Shown here: in pieces, positions 1 through 12,638 of the stretch
How positions within the stretch are numbered: position 1 is the stretch's first letter
Layout of the letters: every line of letters begins with the position of its first letter
Assembly (NCBI GenBank): GCA_001600815.1
Contig: BCKZ01000003.1
Coordinates: forward strand, 1,103,474 to 1,167,473
Direction: 5' to 3'
DNA from: Alloascoidea hylecoeti
Taxonomy: Eukaryota
Length of the DNA: 64,000 bases
Made by a program: the position numbers and the translations under genes
The notes under the pieces: generated by a model
Databases searched by the model: none
What the model saw: only the letters and a program-made list of their open reading frames with translations
Told to the model about the DNA's origin: nothing

Positions 1-342
1 TGTTACTTTTTTACCTTTTTTCCAACTTGGAATTTTAAATCCATTTAATGGGATTTGAGTTATTGTTGGTTTACCAATAATTCTCAATTTAACATGTTCT
101 TGTTTAACACCTTCAGTTTCAATTTGTTTTAAAGATTCTTTGATTGGAAGAGTTGGTAATCGTTCATCTTCAACCTTCTTACCAGGCTTCTTACGTGTAA
201 CCCAATCTAACCATCCTTGAGAAACACCAGAAGAATGAAGATTTCTATGTATGATCAAATTTGAAAATTTTGATGATGGTTGTTGAACAACACATGCCAA
301 CTGCCGAGGAGTAGCATTAAAAGAAAGCCGAATGAGTGACAT
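1..342 (-). CDS. 5' part of a gene running off the window; probable mitochondrial protein, possibly a mitoribosomal large-subunit protein (mL50-like)
   Basis: Open frame from ATG at 342 to base 1: MSLIRLSFNATPRQLACVVQQPSSKFSNLIIHRNLHSSGVSQGWLDWVTRKK... The N-terminus is R/S/L-rich, has no acidic residues and contains an RxLHSS motif typical of mitochondrial presequences. The family guess is from memory only. Confidence 0.55.
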   Translation of the reverse strand, partial: MSLIRLSFNATPRQLACVVQQPSSKFSNLIIHRNLHSSGVSQGWLDWVTRKKPGKKVEDERLPTLPIKESLKQIETEGVKQEHVKLRIIGKPTITQIPLNGFKIPSWKKGKKVT

Positions 343-2912
343 ATCCTTCTATGTTCCTAAAATTATTTAATTAATCGATATTCTGTTGTATTCTGTTAGG
401 AATTGAATGTTGAAGTTGGACAATTTCAACTTCCACCAGTAGTAAATTATTGAGAGAATTCAAATTTTCAAAGATTCCTTTCTTCGTGGGTTACGTAACA
501 TTTTATGTCATGGGGGGATTTGAAGTTTCCGGAAGATATGTAAATTTGGTTACGGGATAATCGTCTATACTTGACTCTCAAACATTTTTGAAAACATCTT
601 TTTCTCAACAAATAGGACCAGCAAATTCTTGAAACTGGACCTTCTATAATACCTTTGGCAAATTTCAAGTTCTGGTCATTTCATTATCTTGTCTGATACT
701 GCTTAACCAGATGATGATTGGTTGCAATTAATCACAAAGCTATATTGTGATTTTGTTATGCAACGTTTCTGATTGTTTTATATTTAAATTCATTCTTTGT
801 TTCTCAAGTTCGGCAGTAAGTGAGTGATATATCGATACTACTCGATAGTTATACCTAGCGCTCGCTAACTGGGGGGTCACAAAAGATTATTTTTACATAG
901 ATACCTTCTTCTACAGGCACACACACAATCAGAAGTTATTGAAATATATGATATCGAGTATAAAGATAAGATAGAACTAATTCCACGACTTGCTTCTCAG
1001 ATTTTTAACTAAGGTGTAGCTAGAAAAGGTGGCACTTCCGTTCATAATATTAATATTAGCTATTGGTTAGAATAGGGACGATTTAATAATAAGAGCAATT
1101 TTCGCCCTCGCTGAGAGAAAACTATTGGTAATTACTTTAATTTCATAAGTAGACTTTTTGTTTCGCAGCACTAAAGTCATTATAATTTCGGCCACAAACA
1201 CATTATTTTACGTAATTGTGGAGGCCAAGTTATCATGATCAGTAAATAGATACACAAATTCTTCATGTATATCTATAGCAAGTGTAGTCGGTAGCAGGTT
1301 GAAAAATGTTCAACAAAAAGCTCTCCAATTGTAATTGTCCTCCTTTTCATACTCATTAATCATGAAGATATGCCATTCTGATACCAAAAATTACAATTAC
1401 AACTAACAAACAAATTATACATTTTTTTGCTGATTATTTCTCAACGTGTCACCAACTACCACAGATCTGCACCAAGTATTTGTGTGATATCTCATAATCA
1501 ATCACTTATCCTCTATTATCACAAAAAATATTTAAATCACTTTTCTATGAAGTAACCATCTGTAGCTAGACTTTGCTGTATCTTTAAATTTAGTTTGCTG
1601 ATTTTGTTATTAGCTTATGGAATAGGGATGGCTGACCCTTCGACTTTCCAATATTTAATAATTACGCAAAATGAATTACGAAGCGAAATATATTTATAAA
1701 AGTAGTTGAAAAATGTTATCACATGACGCTATCAATTGGCCATGGAAAACATCTGTAAATGAATGAGAATTCAAATGTAAAGAAATCTTGGGTTTTAAGA
1801 AATTGTTGCAAAATCCATTATTTTATAATTCATCAGCATTATTTATTAGGTAATACAATGGGTACCAAATTGCTAATAATATAATTATGGGAAAACAAAA
1901 ATAGAAATTTTATTTTACAAAAGGTGCATAGAGTGGATGGAAATAAACCTATATCAAAAAATTGGTAAATCATTGTATAATTAACAACAATAAGTGATTG
2001 ACAGAGTAAAAAAAGAAAAGAACAAGTTTTGAAAACCAGCTTCACTATCAGTGGTAGGATAAAAGGAGTTAAATTGGTTTCAAGAATAAGTTTTGAAAAA
2101 GCAGACATAATTACTAATGGTAGAGGGGAGTATTAACTGGTAATTAAACAACTTTTGAAAAACAACTTTATAACAGTAATAGAGGGTGTTAAAATTGACA
2201 AGAATAACTATTATGAGACCCAGCCACAGTAATTATTTTAATTTGAAAATTAGATGCAATATGTGGCTTTTTAAATTTAATCTTAAAATTGGGCTAATTA
2301 GTCCAAAATGGAATTGTTTCTGTATAGATAAACTGTATCGGAAGCACTTATATTATGGAGTTCACCTTTAGTCCCGGTAAGTATTTTTTAAAACATATAT
2401 CATATATGAAATGATATTCATATATCTTTAGCTAAGGTTTCATGATTTTATAACAACATCTAATAATAAGTTTTATTCATATAAATACCTTATATAATAA
2501 GAAAGAAAAACCACACTCATATGAATCTTGTTGCAAACATCTGAATAAAAAAAACACGAATGCAGCTGTTTGTTAAACATGCTTTAAATATGAATATCCA
2601 CTTCTTCAGAGCGAACCACAACTCCGAAGATGGTTGAAATTGAAAGAAAGGAGAAAAGATATGTATAAATGACCAATTTAAGGTCATCTATAATTTAAAA
2701 GGCAATTGCAAGTCTGCAAGAAAAAAGAAAGAAGATCTTGAGAAAAATAAAACACACAAACACACACACACTAAGTTATAAAATATAAGATCATATTCAT
2801 GTTAATATGCATATATACTATAATAAAACCCAATAAGATTATTTTTAATTTTTGATAATCCAGTTCTAGTCTCTATTATAAATGATTATTAGTTTTTTTT
2901 TTTCTTAATTAT

Positions 2913-4499
2913 TTAATATCCCTGGTAGTCTCCGTCGAGGTCAAAATAATTAAATGTATCATCTTGTTGTGGATGAGAAGTTAAAACAGGTTGAGAATTT
3001 ATAGAAACGGTTGTTTCAATAGGTTGTGGAATTGAATGAGTACTCATCCTAACTAATTTTCTCTTTCCAAATGCTAAAACAGGTGAAGATGTTGGAAGTG
3101 ATGTTGATGATATCTCACTACGAGAATTCGAACTTTCTGGTCTATAGTTAACCGTTGTTTGACTTGAATTTAAATTTGAAGTAGAAAGTAATAATGGTAA
3201 AGGATTTTGTCGATTATTTGAAATCATATTATCTGGAAATAAATTTCTAAATGGAATTAACCCAGTTTCTCTCCACCTTGATACAATTGCATGTGGTGGG
3301 AATGCAGCTTTCCTTGCACTACTTAAAGTTGTTAACCATTCTTGTTTATCTGTTTTATTTCTTTTAACATCTAATTGTTCTTCATCTGTGGGTATATTAA
3401 AAAATTGATCAAAATTTCCAAATGATAAAAGTTTTAAAGGATGAACAAGATGTAAAATTCTGTATGGTATTCTTAAGAAACAAACATTATTATTCATACA
3501 TCTTTCAAAAAATTCAAGTTTCATATTTGATCCAAATATAATTAATCTAATATCCTTATCTGATGAAAATGTATCTTGATTTATATTTGAATGTTCATTA
3601 AATATAACATCAAACCAATGTATTGGAACTCCAGAATTTTCCCATCCTTTAACACTTGCAATAAAAGTCCAATCAGAATAAGAGTCTTTTGGTAACCAGT
3701 TTGGTAATACTGTAACATCTTTAAACATTATGTATGGAGGTAATGTGGCTCCAGTACCTGAAATACACTCAACAAGCGTTAGGTTCACAGATCTTCCTTT
3801 TTTTGTAGAATTTAAATCAGAATTATTACTTTGGCTTTGACTTCGACTTTGGCTTCTACTTTGACTTGAAGAATCATTTATAGAAAGAGATGTTTCTGTT
3901 GGGGAATTTTCATTACTAACAATTTTCCATGTTCCTGAAGATTCTTGAATTGAAAAATCAAAATCACACATACTGTAAATATCTTTTTCTTTAATTTTAA
4001 ACTTAGAAATAAGTCCAGAATATGCTAAAGAGAATTGTTGAAGAAGTTGGAATTGATCAATAGAAATTGTTTGTTTTTTCTTCTCTAATGCAGTCACAAC
4101 GATCCCTTTCAATTGAGGATGCCTTTTAAAGAACCTATTTATCCAATGCTGTCCAAGAGCCCTAGTTGTACTCACATCCTCTCTAATATCTCCAGATTTT
4201 CTCCTCATTATCTCAACAGCAAAACCTTTAACTTCATCATATGAAACCTTATAGCCAGCCATTCCCAATTGGGTAATAACTTCAACTAATAGGCATTCTT
4301 CAGCTTCAGATAAAAGTTGACTATGAGCTATAGCTTTCCGATGAGATTTATGATTATATCTGATTCTTCCAAATAAGGTACTATAAGGGACATTATTTTT
4401 AACAGCTGCATCTTTTATGGATTTGTATTTACCTGATTTAAGTTCGGTTTCTGCTTTTTCAAGGGAGGCTTGCTCATCATCAGTTAATCTTCGAGACAT
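2913..4499 (-). CDS. pogo/Fot1 (CENP-B/Pdc2-type) transposase-derived protein: HTH_psq, CENP-B-type HTH and degenerate DDE_1 domain; probably domesticated
   Basis: SIKDAAVKNNVPYSTLFGR (psq HTH); LSEAEE...LGQHWINRFFKRHP (Tc5/CENP-B HTH); LTLVECISGTGATLPPYIMFK, SVKGW and WRETGLIPF (DDE_1). Catalytic motifs are altered: SMCDFD for NMDETG, LIIFGS for LILDGH, HPLKL for QPLD. Confidence 0.85.
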   Translation of the reverse strand: MSRRLTDDEQASLEKAETELKSGKYKSIKDAAVKNNVPYSTLFGRIRYNHKSHRKAIAHSQLLSEAEECLLVEVITQLGMAGYKVSYDEVKGFAVEIMRRKSGDIREDVSTTRALGQHWINRFFKRHPQLKGIVVTALEKKKQTISIDQFQLLQQFSLAYSGLISKFKIKEKDIYSMCDFDFSIQESSGTWKIVSNENSPTETSLSINDSSSQSRSQSRSQSQSNNSDLNSTKKGRSVNLTLVECISGTGATLPPYIMFKDVTVLPNWLPKDSYSDWTFIASVKGWENSGVPIHWFDVIFNEHSNINQDTFSSDKDIRLIIFGSNMKLEFFERCMNNNVCFLRIPYRILHLVHPLKLLSFGNFDQFFNIPTDEEQLDVKRNKTDKQEWLTTLSSARKAAFPPHAIVSRWRETGLIPFRNLFPDNMISNNRQNPLPLLLSTSNLNSSQTTVNYRPESSNSRSEISSTSLPTSSPVLAFGKRKLVRMSTHSIPQPIETTVSINSQPVLTSHPQQDDTFNYFDLDGDYQGY

Positions 4500-7414
4500 T
4501 ATTTACTTTTAATTTTGAAGGGATTATAATTCACACACACGTTTGTTTTTTAATTTAAAAAAAACTTAAAGGGGGGAAAAACAAAGAGGATAAAAAATGT
4601 TTTGGTGTATATTTTTGTAGGTACCTATGAAGCAAATAGATAACAATAATAAAATAAGTAAATAACAGTTATGAAGAAAAAAAATCGACAAATAATTATA
4701 AATTTATAAGCACTTAGTATGAACTTTTAATTAATAAACACTTGTAATTGTTAAAAACCTTTTAACTTTTTTTTTTTCTCTTTTGATATTTAAATTATAA
4801 AATAACAGACAGTTGTATGGAGAACAAAAGTCAGAGATTATTATGTATATATAATTTCAATTTCCAGAAAAGTTTTGAAGGATTTACCCTTAATTATAAG
4901 TTTTTTTTTTGTTTAAATATTAAATATTAATTAAATCTCAAATAACAAATTTTAATTAACGTTATAACAGTAACAGTAAATAAAAAAACAAGAGAGATCA
5001 ATGTACATCAAAACTCAATAAAGAGGTTAATCGGTATATATTTATATTTAAAAATTGAAATAACTGAACTACAAGTAAAGATGGGATTGTAAGTGTTATG
5101 CATTCATGCAGATAGATTGGAATATATGCATGTCCTAGTTCTGGGTCCAGTCTTATTTTTTGACGTTCTCAATATATGCATAATTGTAACGGGTAAAGCC
5201 ATAGGGGGTGTTCAAAGTATAAATATTGTTTCTGTCATAATGAAACAATAAACGTCACAGATGGTCTGTTTAATATTGTTTATCCACTCTGTCGGAAAAT
5301 TTAGTTGTGATATAATAATAATCAAAGTTTGAAAATCACATATGCTTATGCAACTTAAAAACGCAGATAGTGTTCACAATTATCATTGGTATAAACCTAA
5401 TAATTGTTAAACCATCACAATGGAATTCGAATCATTAGCAATACGTGTGTTACGTTTACTTAGATAAGTAATCTTCAGAAGACATTGTTTTTTCTATAAG
5501 TTTCTAATAATTGTTATAATTTACACATATGAAATCCATGACCAACCCCATTATCCATATAACTACAGCTTAAGAACGTATCAAAGATTTACCATGTACT
5601 TATGTTGTACTATCAATTATAATGTAATTCTACATAGCTCTAATATAAATACACGCTGTCCAATTTGATGTAGTAATGTGACTGCAATTGAGAAACACAA
5701 AATATAATGCTACAATGATATGTATAATGAGTGGCAGAATCTCTTTGGTCTCTATCGAGGAATTCACCTATTAGATCTTCACGATAGTCACTATGTTGCA
5801 AATTTTTCATGAATATTACTGGCAGTATTTGAGTAGAATGTCTGCAGCTTGCAAATATACGTTATACAATTTCAAGTACAAGTCCTGCATCGGTGATCAA
5901 ATCGCAATTGAGAGATATAAACCTATATCCTTCATTGAGCTCAATTAGTAGTTGTCAAATAAAACATATTTAAAGAATGTGAATGGGGTAACATGGTCAT
6001 GATCACTTTTCTACAGTGAACCACCCAGATACCGATATCATGTTTCAAAGATGTAATATTGGAATGATATGATATATATTTAATATTAATTATAATCGTA
6101 ATTGATCTTTTTATTATTAGTGTAACAGTATAACGTATAAAAGATGGGCGCTAAACAACTCCAAAAAAGAAATATTATGCGATTAATAATACAGACTAGA
6201 CTAGCTGCTATGGCGCACACACACTAAAATTTAAAAAGAGAAAAGGGAGGAGGATATTTTATTTGTCTTGATCATTACGAAAAAAGAAGTTGTAGTTGGA
6301 GTTGGGTTTGAGAGTGATATCGCAGTATGTCATATAACCTTTTCATCCCGAAGGGGAAATAAAAGCGACCTTGCTTTTCTATTCAACGTACTCATAAAAG
6401 AATTGCTATTAATAATTAAGGTTATATGCAGCTATTCGAGTGGTTAAGCCCGTCCGATCCAACCATTATCAAAAAACAGGACAGTCGGCGGCGTTTAAAC
6501 TCTCGTATGATATATATTTTCTAGTTTTCTTAACCATAAGGTAGCTTTTTAGTGCGGGACATCACAGTCCACAGCAAGTTCTATTTGCGATGGTACTGCC
6601 TCTCTTGATGCTCCTTCAGGCCTTGCACTCTATTAATTTTTACTGGCTAAGCCAGCTCTAATAAGTCTTGGAAACTGCTTCTGAATAAGTCATCTAAGTG
6701 CCAGTAATCCCAAGATTACAAAGTGCCTTAAAGATCTACAAGGAAATAAATATCAAGGTTCACCATCTTTCGCACGACCCAAGAAAAAGAAAAAGAAAAT
6801 CACCTTATTGGGATACACATAATTACCTATGACACTAATTAGAGGAGGCTATGAATTATCAAGTACGCTTCATATAATGCAATTTGTCCAAATCCAGAAG
6901 ATTTGCTCTACGTTTCATCCACTTACAAGTCAGTAACAACGTCAATCACCCACAGATAAAACATTCTTCAAAACGCAACAAAATTATTTATGGTATAGAA
7001 TGTGAATGTTTTTAATGAGCATATAGGATAATCTAGTTTTCATTTTTTTAAAGGCAAGAAATAATTTTGCTAATTTTTAAAGAATGTTTTGGTACATCTG
7101 TGGGCGGTTGTAAGTTGACAGTCCGTAAGACTCCGCATAAGTTATTACGCAATTTCTTACCCTTCTTAGTACTTACCTACATACCAATATTCTCTCTAGT
7201 GACCTAACTTACCTTATATAGTTTAATACTATGTTTTTCTATAATAGAAAAAAATCCTGACACACATAACAAATATAAGTATGCGCCCTCGGTAATTCTC
7301 TTTATAGCCTTAAAAGCGGGGTGAATGATTGGTGATGTTTTTTTACGTCGTAAAATTCAGGGTAATTAATGATGAGAAGTTGATACAATGAGATTCTATT
7401 TAATTTATACCAGA

Positions 7415-7860
7415 AGACGGGCTAAATATTCGGCCATAAGTTGATTATTTAATCCAAAAATATGGCTGTATTATAGTTAATTTCACTCACGTGGCTTAAA
7501 ATAATTCAACAACTTGATGCACTATATTTGTACTCAGTATGGCCGAAAATCAATAATCGGAAGAGAATATAATTGGTGAGATGTCCGAATACTTAGTTTA
7601 TCATCCTGGCGTGTATTTATTTATCATAATGGCCGAGAATAAGTGTATTCTATGTCCTATTAGTTGTGCGTGGGAATGGCCCAACATTAGTACATCACAT
7701 GGCCAATAAGTATTCATCGTAGTGACTGAACATTAGTACCTGGTGTGGCCTGATATTAAGTGTATTACTTAGTGCATTGCTTTTCGGAACATGGTTACAT
7801 CATGTTGTGGAATTAAGGCATATTGTGGGCGAATATTTAGTTTACCAAGGGGCCTAAATA
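7415..7860. repeat. Degenerate tandem array, consensus approximately RTGGCCGAAYATTAGT
   Basis: About 9 imperfect copies, e.g. atggccgaaaat (7539), atgtccgaatacttagt (7581), atggccgagaataagt (7629), atggcccaacattagt (7676), gtgactgaacattagt (7722), gtggcctgatattaagt (7745), gtgggcgaatatttagt (7825). Confidence 0.6.
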
Positions 7861-8617
7861 ATTGAAATGGACGTATATGCAATGCATGAAAGCTAAATAA
7901 GCAATTGCATATTATTATTAAAGACAAGTACTACATGTTGAAACAAATACGCCAAAAAGTCGCATGGCCTCCTATTCAGTAATATTCACTGCTCAAGAGT
8001 GAATAATAGATCTAGATATCTATGGACAATGGTTAACAATTATTCCAGAAATATATTCATCTATTTAATTTAATCTTAATAATAAACGCTCATCAATTAA
8101 TAATTACAATACAAAATCGTCTCTGGATCTAGATATTTCGTTATATCAACAAGAAACAATGCATATGCATAAAACTTTCAAAATCAGTATGACATATACC
8201 AATTAATGACCTCGCGATCGTATTAATATTGGAATACCTACCCTATATGCGTTATAAATGGGAATAAAATGAAAGTAGATATAAAATTAGAAAATAATAT
8301 TGAGAATAATAATAACAGTATTGTATTAATAATAATAATAAAAATAATGATAGCAATAATAATGATACAAAGATGATGGTGATGACGATGAACCTCGTAT
8401 TAATATTGGGATTAGATTATTAAGTTGAAATATTAAGGTTGAATCAAGGGTTGAACCGTTTTGAGGTTTCGACTAGAAATAAATTAGATATATAAATAGT
8501 GGATAAATTCCATTTTAGAAAAGTAACTGAGAATATATTAATAATTTTCCTATAACACATTAAATCGCTTACACAACAATAAGCTTAGAGATTTATATTA
8601 AACAACTAAATGACACT

Positions 8618-9000
8618 ATGCAAGAATTGGTGAAGCTCAAGGAGGAGAATGAACAAAAATTAATTAATTCAGAAGTACGAAAATTAAACAATCGTGATTT
8701 TATTAAAAATAATAAACGATGAAGCAATGACTTCTGCAGATTCAAAGCTAATAATTCTTGAGATGACATTTGGTATCAATAATATAAATTCACAAAAGGA
8801 ATAAGAAAATGAGTCCCACTCCATTTTAGAAACTGTAAATGGACATGGTTTTGTGAAGAGAACCCTTCAAAATTTAAATTTACACAAGGGGGTATAAGTA
8901 TTCGTCATGTTACTTTTTGTTAAAGTTCAAAGTGCCTGTTCTCCCAGTTGCGCCAAAAAGCCAATCAACCCTTTAGTGAACTGTTCTAAGAGTGTAATTA
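8618..9000 (+). mobile_element. Degenerate repeat, possibly the 3' part of a LINE ORF2
   Basis: Stop-riddled frame (..NNS*DDIWYQ*YKF..), then KCLFSQL...ELF*EC resembling a decayed C-x2-C...H-x4-C knuckle. Bases ~8920-8999 recur in reverse complement at ~29371-29450. Confidence 0.35.
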
Positions 9001-9445
9001 TACGTAAACAATTATATTGAGTATCGGTCAACGAAAGAGAAGGAGTAAATTTCTTAAACACATTAATATATCGATACCCAGCTAATCCTAACATTAATCT
9101 TGCAATCAATATTGGGTCCATATTGGTCAAACTANNNNNNNNNNNNNNNNNNNNNNNNNNNNNNNNNNNNNNNNNNNNNNNNNNNNNNNNNNNNNNNNNN
9201 NNNNNNNNNNNNNNNNNNNNNNNNNNNNNNNNNNNNNNNNNNNNNNNNNNNNNNNNNNNNNNNNTAGTTTGACCAATATGGACCCAATATTGATTGCAAG
9301 ATTAATGTTAGGATTAGCTGGGTATCGATATATTAATGTGTTTAAGAAATTTACTCCTTCTCTTTCGTTGACCGATACTCAATATAATTGTTTACGTATA
9401 ATTACACTCTTAGAACAGTTCACTAAAGGGTTGATTGGCTTTTTG
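8954..9445. repeat. 181-bp inverted repeat arms (8954-9134 and 9265-9445) flanking a 130-N assembly gap
   Basis: The arms are reverse complements ending exactly at the gap edges. The ORF track shows the same peptide on both strands. Confidence 0.9.
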
Positions 9446-12441
9446 AGTATGTAATATATATCCAACACTTTTATTGAATATATTCCTCATTTTATTCCAT
9501 ATGAGGGAGGTGTAGAAGTGGCTAATATATATTCTAGTGTAATTATAAGTTCAATTGCAATACAGCCAAGGCGGTGGAGCTAATCATGGTCTACAATAAA
9601 GACAAAATAATTGGGCTCAATTTACAACATGAAATGGTACTAATCTACATTTTTTTTTAGAGAATGCATTAGCAATTATTTAAAATCTCGGTCACCATTT
9701 TATATTACAAAATCAGCCCAATTGTATTATATCCCGTTTGTGCCATGTTTTAATCTTAAATCGTACCAATTGTTTTGTAACAGACAAAAATTAGTACTTC
9801 TACTGGGTTTACTCCTGATCACTATTTTTAGGATAATTCATGTTTCATGATCACTACCGAATTAATCATCTAGGGTTGTGTCAAATATTCCGTATTTCTA
9901 TGAAAATACCAATATATTAATAACGATGCTTTTATGTTTTGAATAAATTCAACTATAAGATCTATGTAGAGTTTGTGTAGGTTCCTTGGACAAGGGAAAA
10001 TGCACCTCCAAAAAAAAAATGCTCCTGAATCTTTCTTTGATCAACCATTACTCATAACCCATCACCATGCCAGAAAAAACTTAATGCAAAGCCGTAAAAG
10101 GATAATTGGCGTTTGAGATTATATAGCACTACAGTTTATAATAATTGGGTCATAGACCCGACCCACTGCTTATATTCAGATAGACACGAAAAGTTTGTTT
10201 GGAGCCGCCTCAGACTCTCAATTAATATTAGTATAGATTCTTGGCAATTTGAAAAGGACAGAGATAACATGCAATTGGTTCAAATAGTAGAAACGGTTAT
10301 GTGAAAAAAAAAAAAAAAGATAGCCATAGATCGCATACAGATTTAAATATAATAAACCTAATAGATTTGTGTGTTCTTCCCGAGATATCACAAGTTCTTG
10401 AAGTTAAGCAGAGAGTGTGATGTCATCTAAAAAAAATATGAGGGAGCCAAAACGCCTACCAGTTCATCTACGAGAATATTTGCTATAATAGAGCGCTTGA
10501 AGAAGTATTTGCCTAGCTCTCTACTTTAAGATCTGCAAAATTACAAAAACTTAGATTTCTTTTATTTTTCGATTTTTTGGAGATTTTTAGAAAATCATTT
10601 CTCGATTTTTGATTTTCTTTTGCCCAAACTTAAGGAGCTCAGTAGTATGTTGGATATAAGTTAACTTTAATACTCAATAATAACACCATTTTCAGGATTA
10701 TTTTTGATTTCGTGATGGGTTCAATGCCATGTAGGATTCCGCTAAACATTTTATGTGTGAAGTTAGTTATACATCAACATGTATAGCTATACATGTATAT
10801 TGAAGTTTTGAAGTTGTGATCGTGATCAGCACATTTTTCCAGCTAGTGCTAAACACAGCTACAATTGCTATCTTAAATATTCCAAGCTTAAGCTTAATTC
10901 ATCCTTGAATGGATTACTTCCTGCTAGACCCATTGTATTACCATCAAACAAGTAAATAATTTTCACTTATATTTAGACCATTAGAAGGTATAAGATCTTA
11001 TATAACAAGCAAAGAAATACTATTTTTAATATATCAGGATCGGAAGAATTGAGTTAGCTATATTTATTTTCATTAATCTCTCATGTTTCGAATTCAAATT
11101 ATTCAATCCTTCAAATGGTTTCTTTGTTTTTTTTGGCATGATGGCCGGTCAGCGGTCACCCATTCAGAGGCTTTTCCCCGTTGAATCTCATAATAATTTA
11201 TATTAATAATTGGTGTGATATAACAGTATCTCCACTTTGTTAATGTTGTTGGGGGAAATATTGTATGTAGAAGTGGCGGAACACAACAATAATTAAGTAA
11301 TATTTGTAATTTAAGGTTTAAAGCGTATTAATCCGGGTAACTATTTGGTATATCAAAGAATAGTTGTTGATAGCACTTACATAGGGTACAATCAGAGCTT
11401 CAATTATTTGAAAATGTTTATGTCATGGTATTGTTGTTCTTTTATATATCAATATTTTGGTTTGCTCATTATTTGCCACTTATACAATATTGATGAATGA
11501 ACTGCAATGACGTTGTTAAAAATTTTCGCGTCGCGTAGTTGTAGGGATTAGAAATATTTTGACACCGAATCCACCGATATCACATTTCATTTAAAATTAA
11601 TTGGAGCCAAGGTGTAAATTTACTATAAAACTTAACTAATTAATGGAAATGAGGTTACAGATATCTAAGCCTAATATATAATGATAATAATTTTATGGTT
11701 ATTTCTTTCATTCTTCATCCATACTTTTGGATGTAATCGGTGTTGGGTTGTATGAGTTCATGAAACTTTAAGCTGAAATATATGATATATTTAGCTATAA
11801 ATTATTATAAGTACAATATAACAGATGGGGAAAACTTCTTAAGCTTTCCTTCTAGGCCACCCGTTTTTACAATTATCATCATTGATCGAGAGAATTACTA
11901 AGAAACTAATTATAATAACCTTGGAATGTAGCCCGTGTAGGAGTTAACGCTCATATTTCCATTCTTTATTTAAATATTTTAATGTGGCAAATGAATAAAA
12001 TGATGAAAGAATAGAAATAAAGAAAAGTTTAATAAATAAACCTGATTTAAGCATGGTTAACATACAAGTAATAGTACAAGTGCCGACTCTCTGGAATAAT
12101 ATTTCACATATTTTGAAAGGAATTTCGTAGATATCGGAGGTCGGTAGGAATCAATCCGTTGTTACATATAATTAATATTCCATTATAATAGTTTTGAAAC
12201 AAATGAACTCTTCTGGACTTTTAGGACTTATTAATTCTGAAATTAGTAACGAGCAAAAGTCCAGCTGAAATATATCCACATCCGGAACTCCATCCATTCC
12301 AACAGGGATTTCAAGACAACCTTTTCGCTTTTTACAACATGGACAATTCCATTTCTTTATTCAAGAACTTCTAAGCTGGGATAGAATGGCGTATCAAGGA
12401 TAACAATAAGGATCTCTCGGGGTTAAGAGCGTTATGTCCCG

Positions 12442-12461
12442 CCAATCAGCGCGCAGATATT
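12442..12461 (+). promoter_or_regulatory. CCAAT box with CSAAT-N12-RWT bipartite (CBC/HapX-type) arrangement upstream of CCC1
   Basis: CCAAT-cagcgcgcagat-ATT about 180 bp upstream of the CCC1 ATG, in a GC-richer island. Confidence 0.4.
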
Positions 12462-12638
12462 GTTGCTGACTGAGATTACATCTTGAGGTGCATGAGGCCT
12501 GCATGAGTTCTGCAGCTTTGTTATTATTATAATATTAGCAATAATTATTATATATTGGTGCAAACCTCTTTTTTTTTCTCCTCGTCCTCATCTCTTCTTC
12601 TCAACTTTCCAGTTTCCCAATTTACCCATTTTTTAACT

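Noticed and set aside
2913..4499. Calling this gene PDC2, given THI5 in the same window
   Set aside because: The motifs are Fot1-like with a psq HTH and the protein is short. Orthology cannot be shown by eye, and THI5 is 56 kb away.
7415..7860. CRISPR-like array
   Set aside because: Eukaryotic context, degenerate and irregularly spaced repeats, and no cas genes.
8927..9454. Two identical small ORFs (MTNMDPIL...)
   Set aside because: They start with TTG and are products of the inverted repeat at the gap edges; no evidence of coding function.
12465..12520. CTGAGATTA resembling a TPP aptamer upstream of CCC1
   Set aside because: The downstream conserved aptamer segments are missing and the gene context is wrong.
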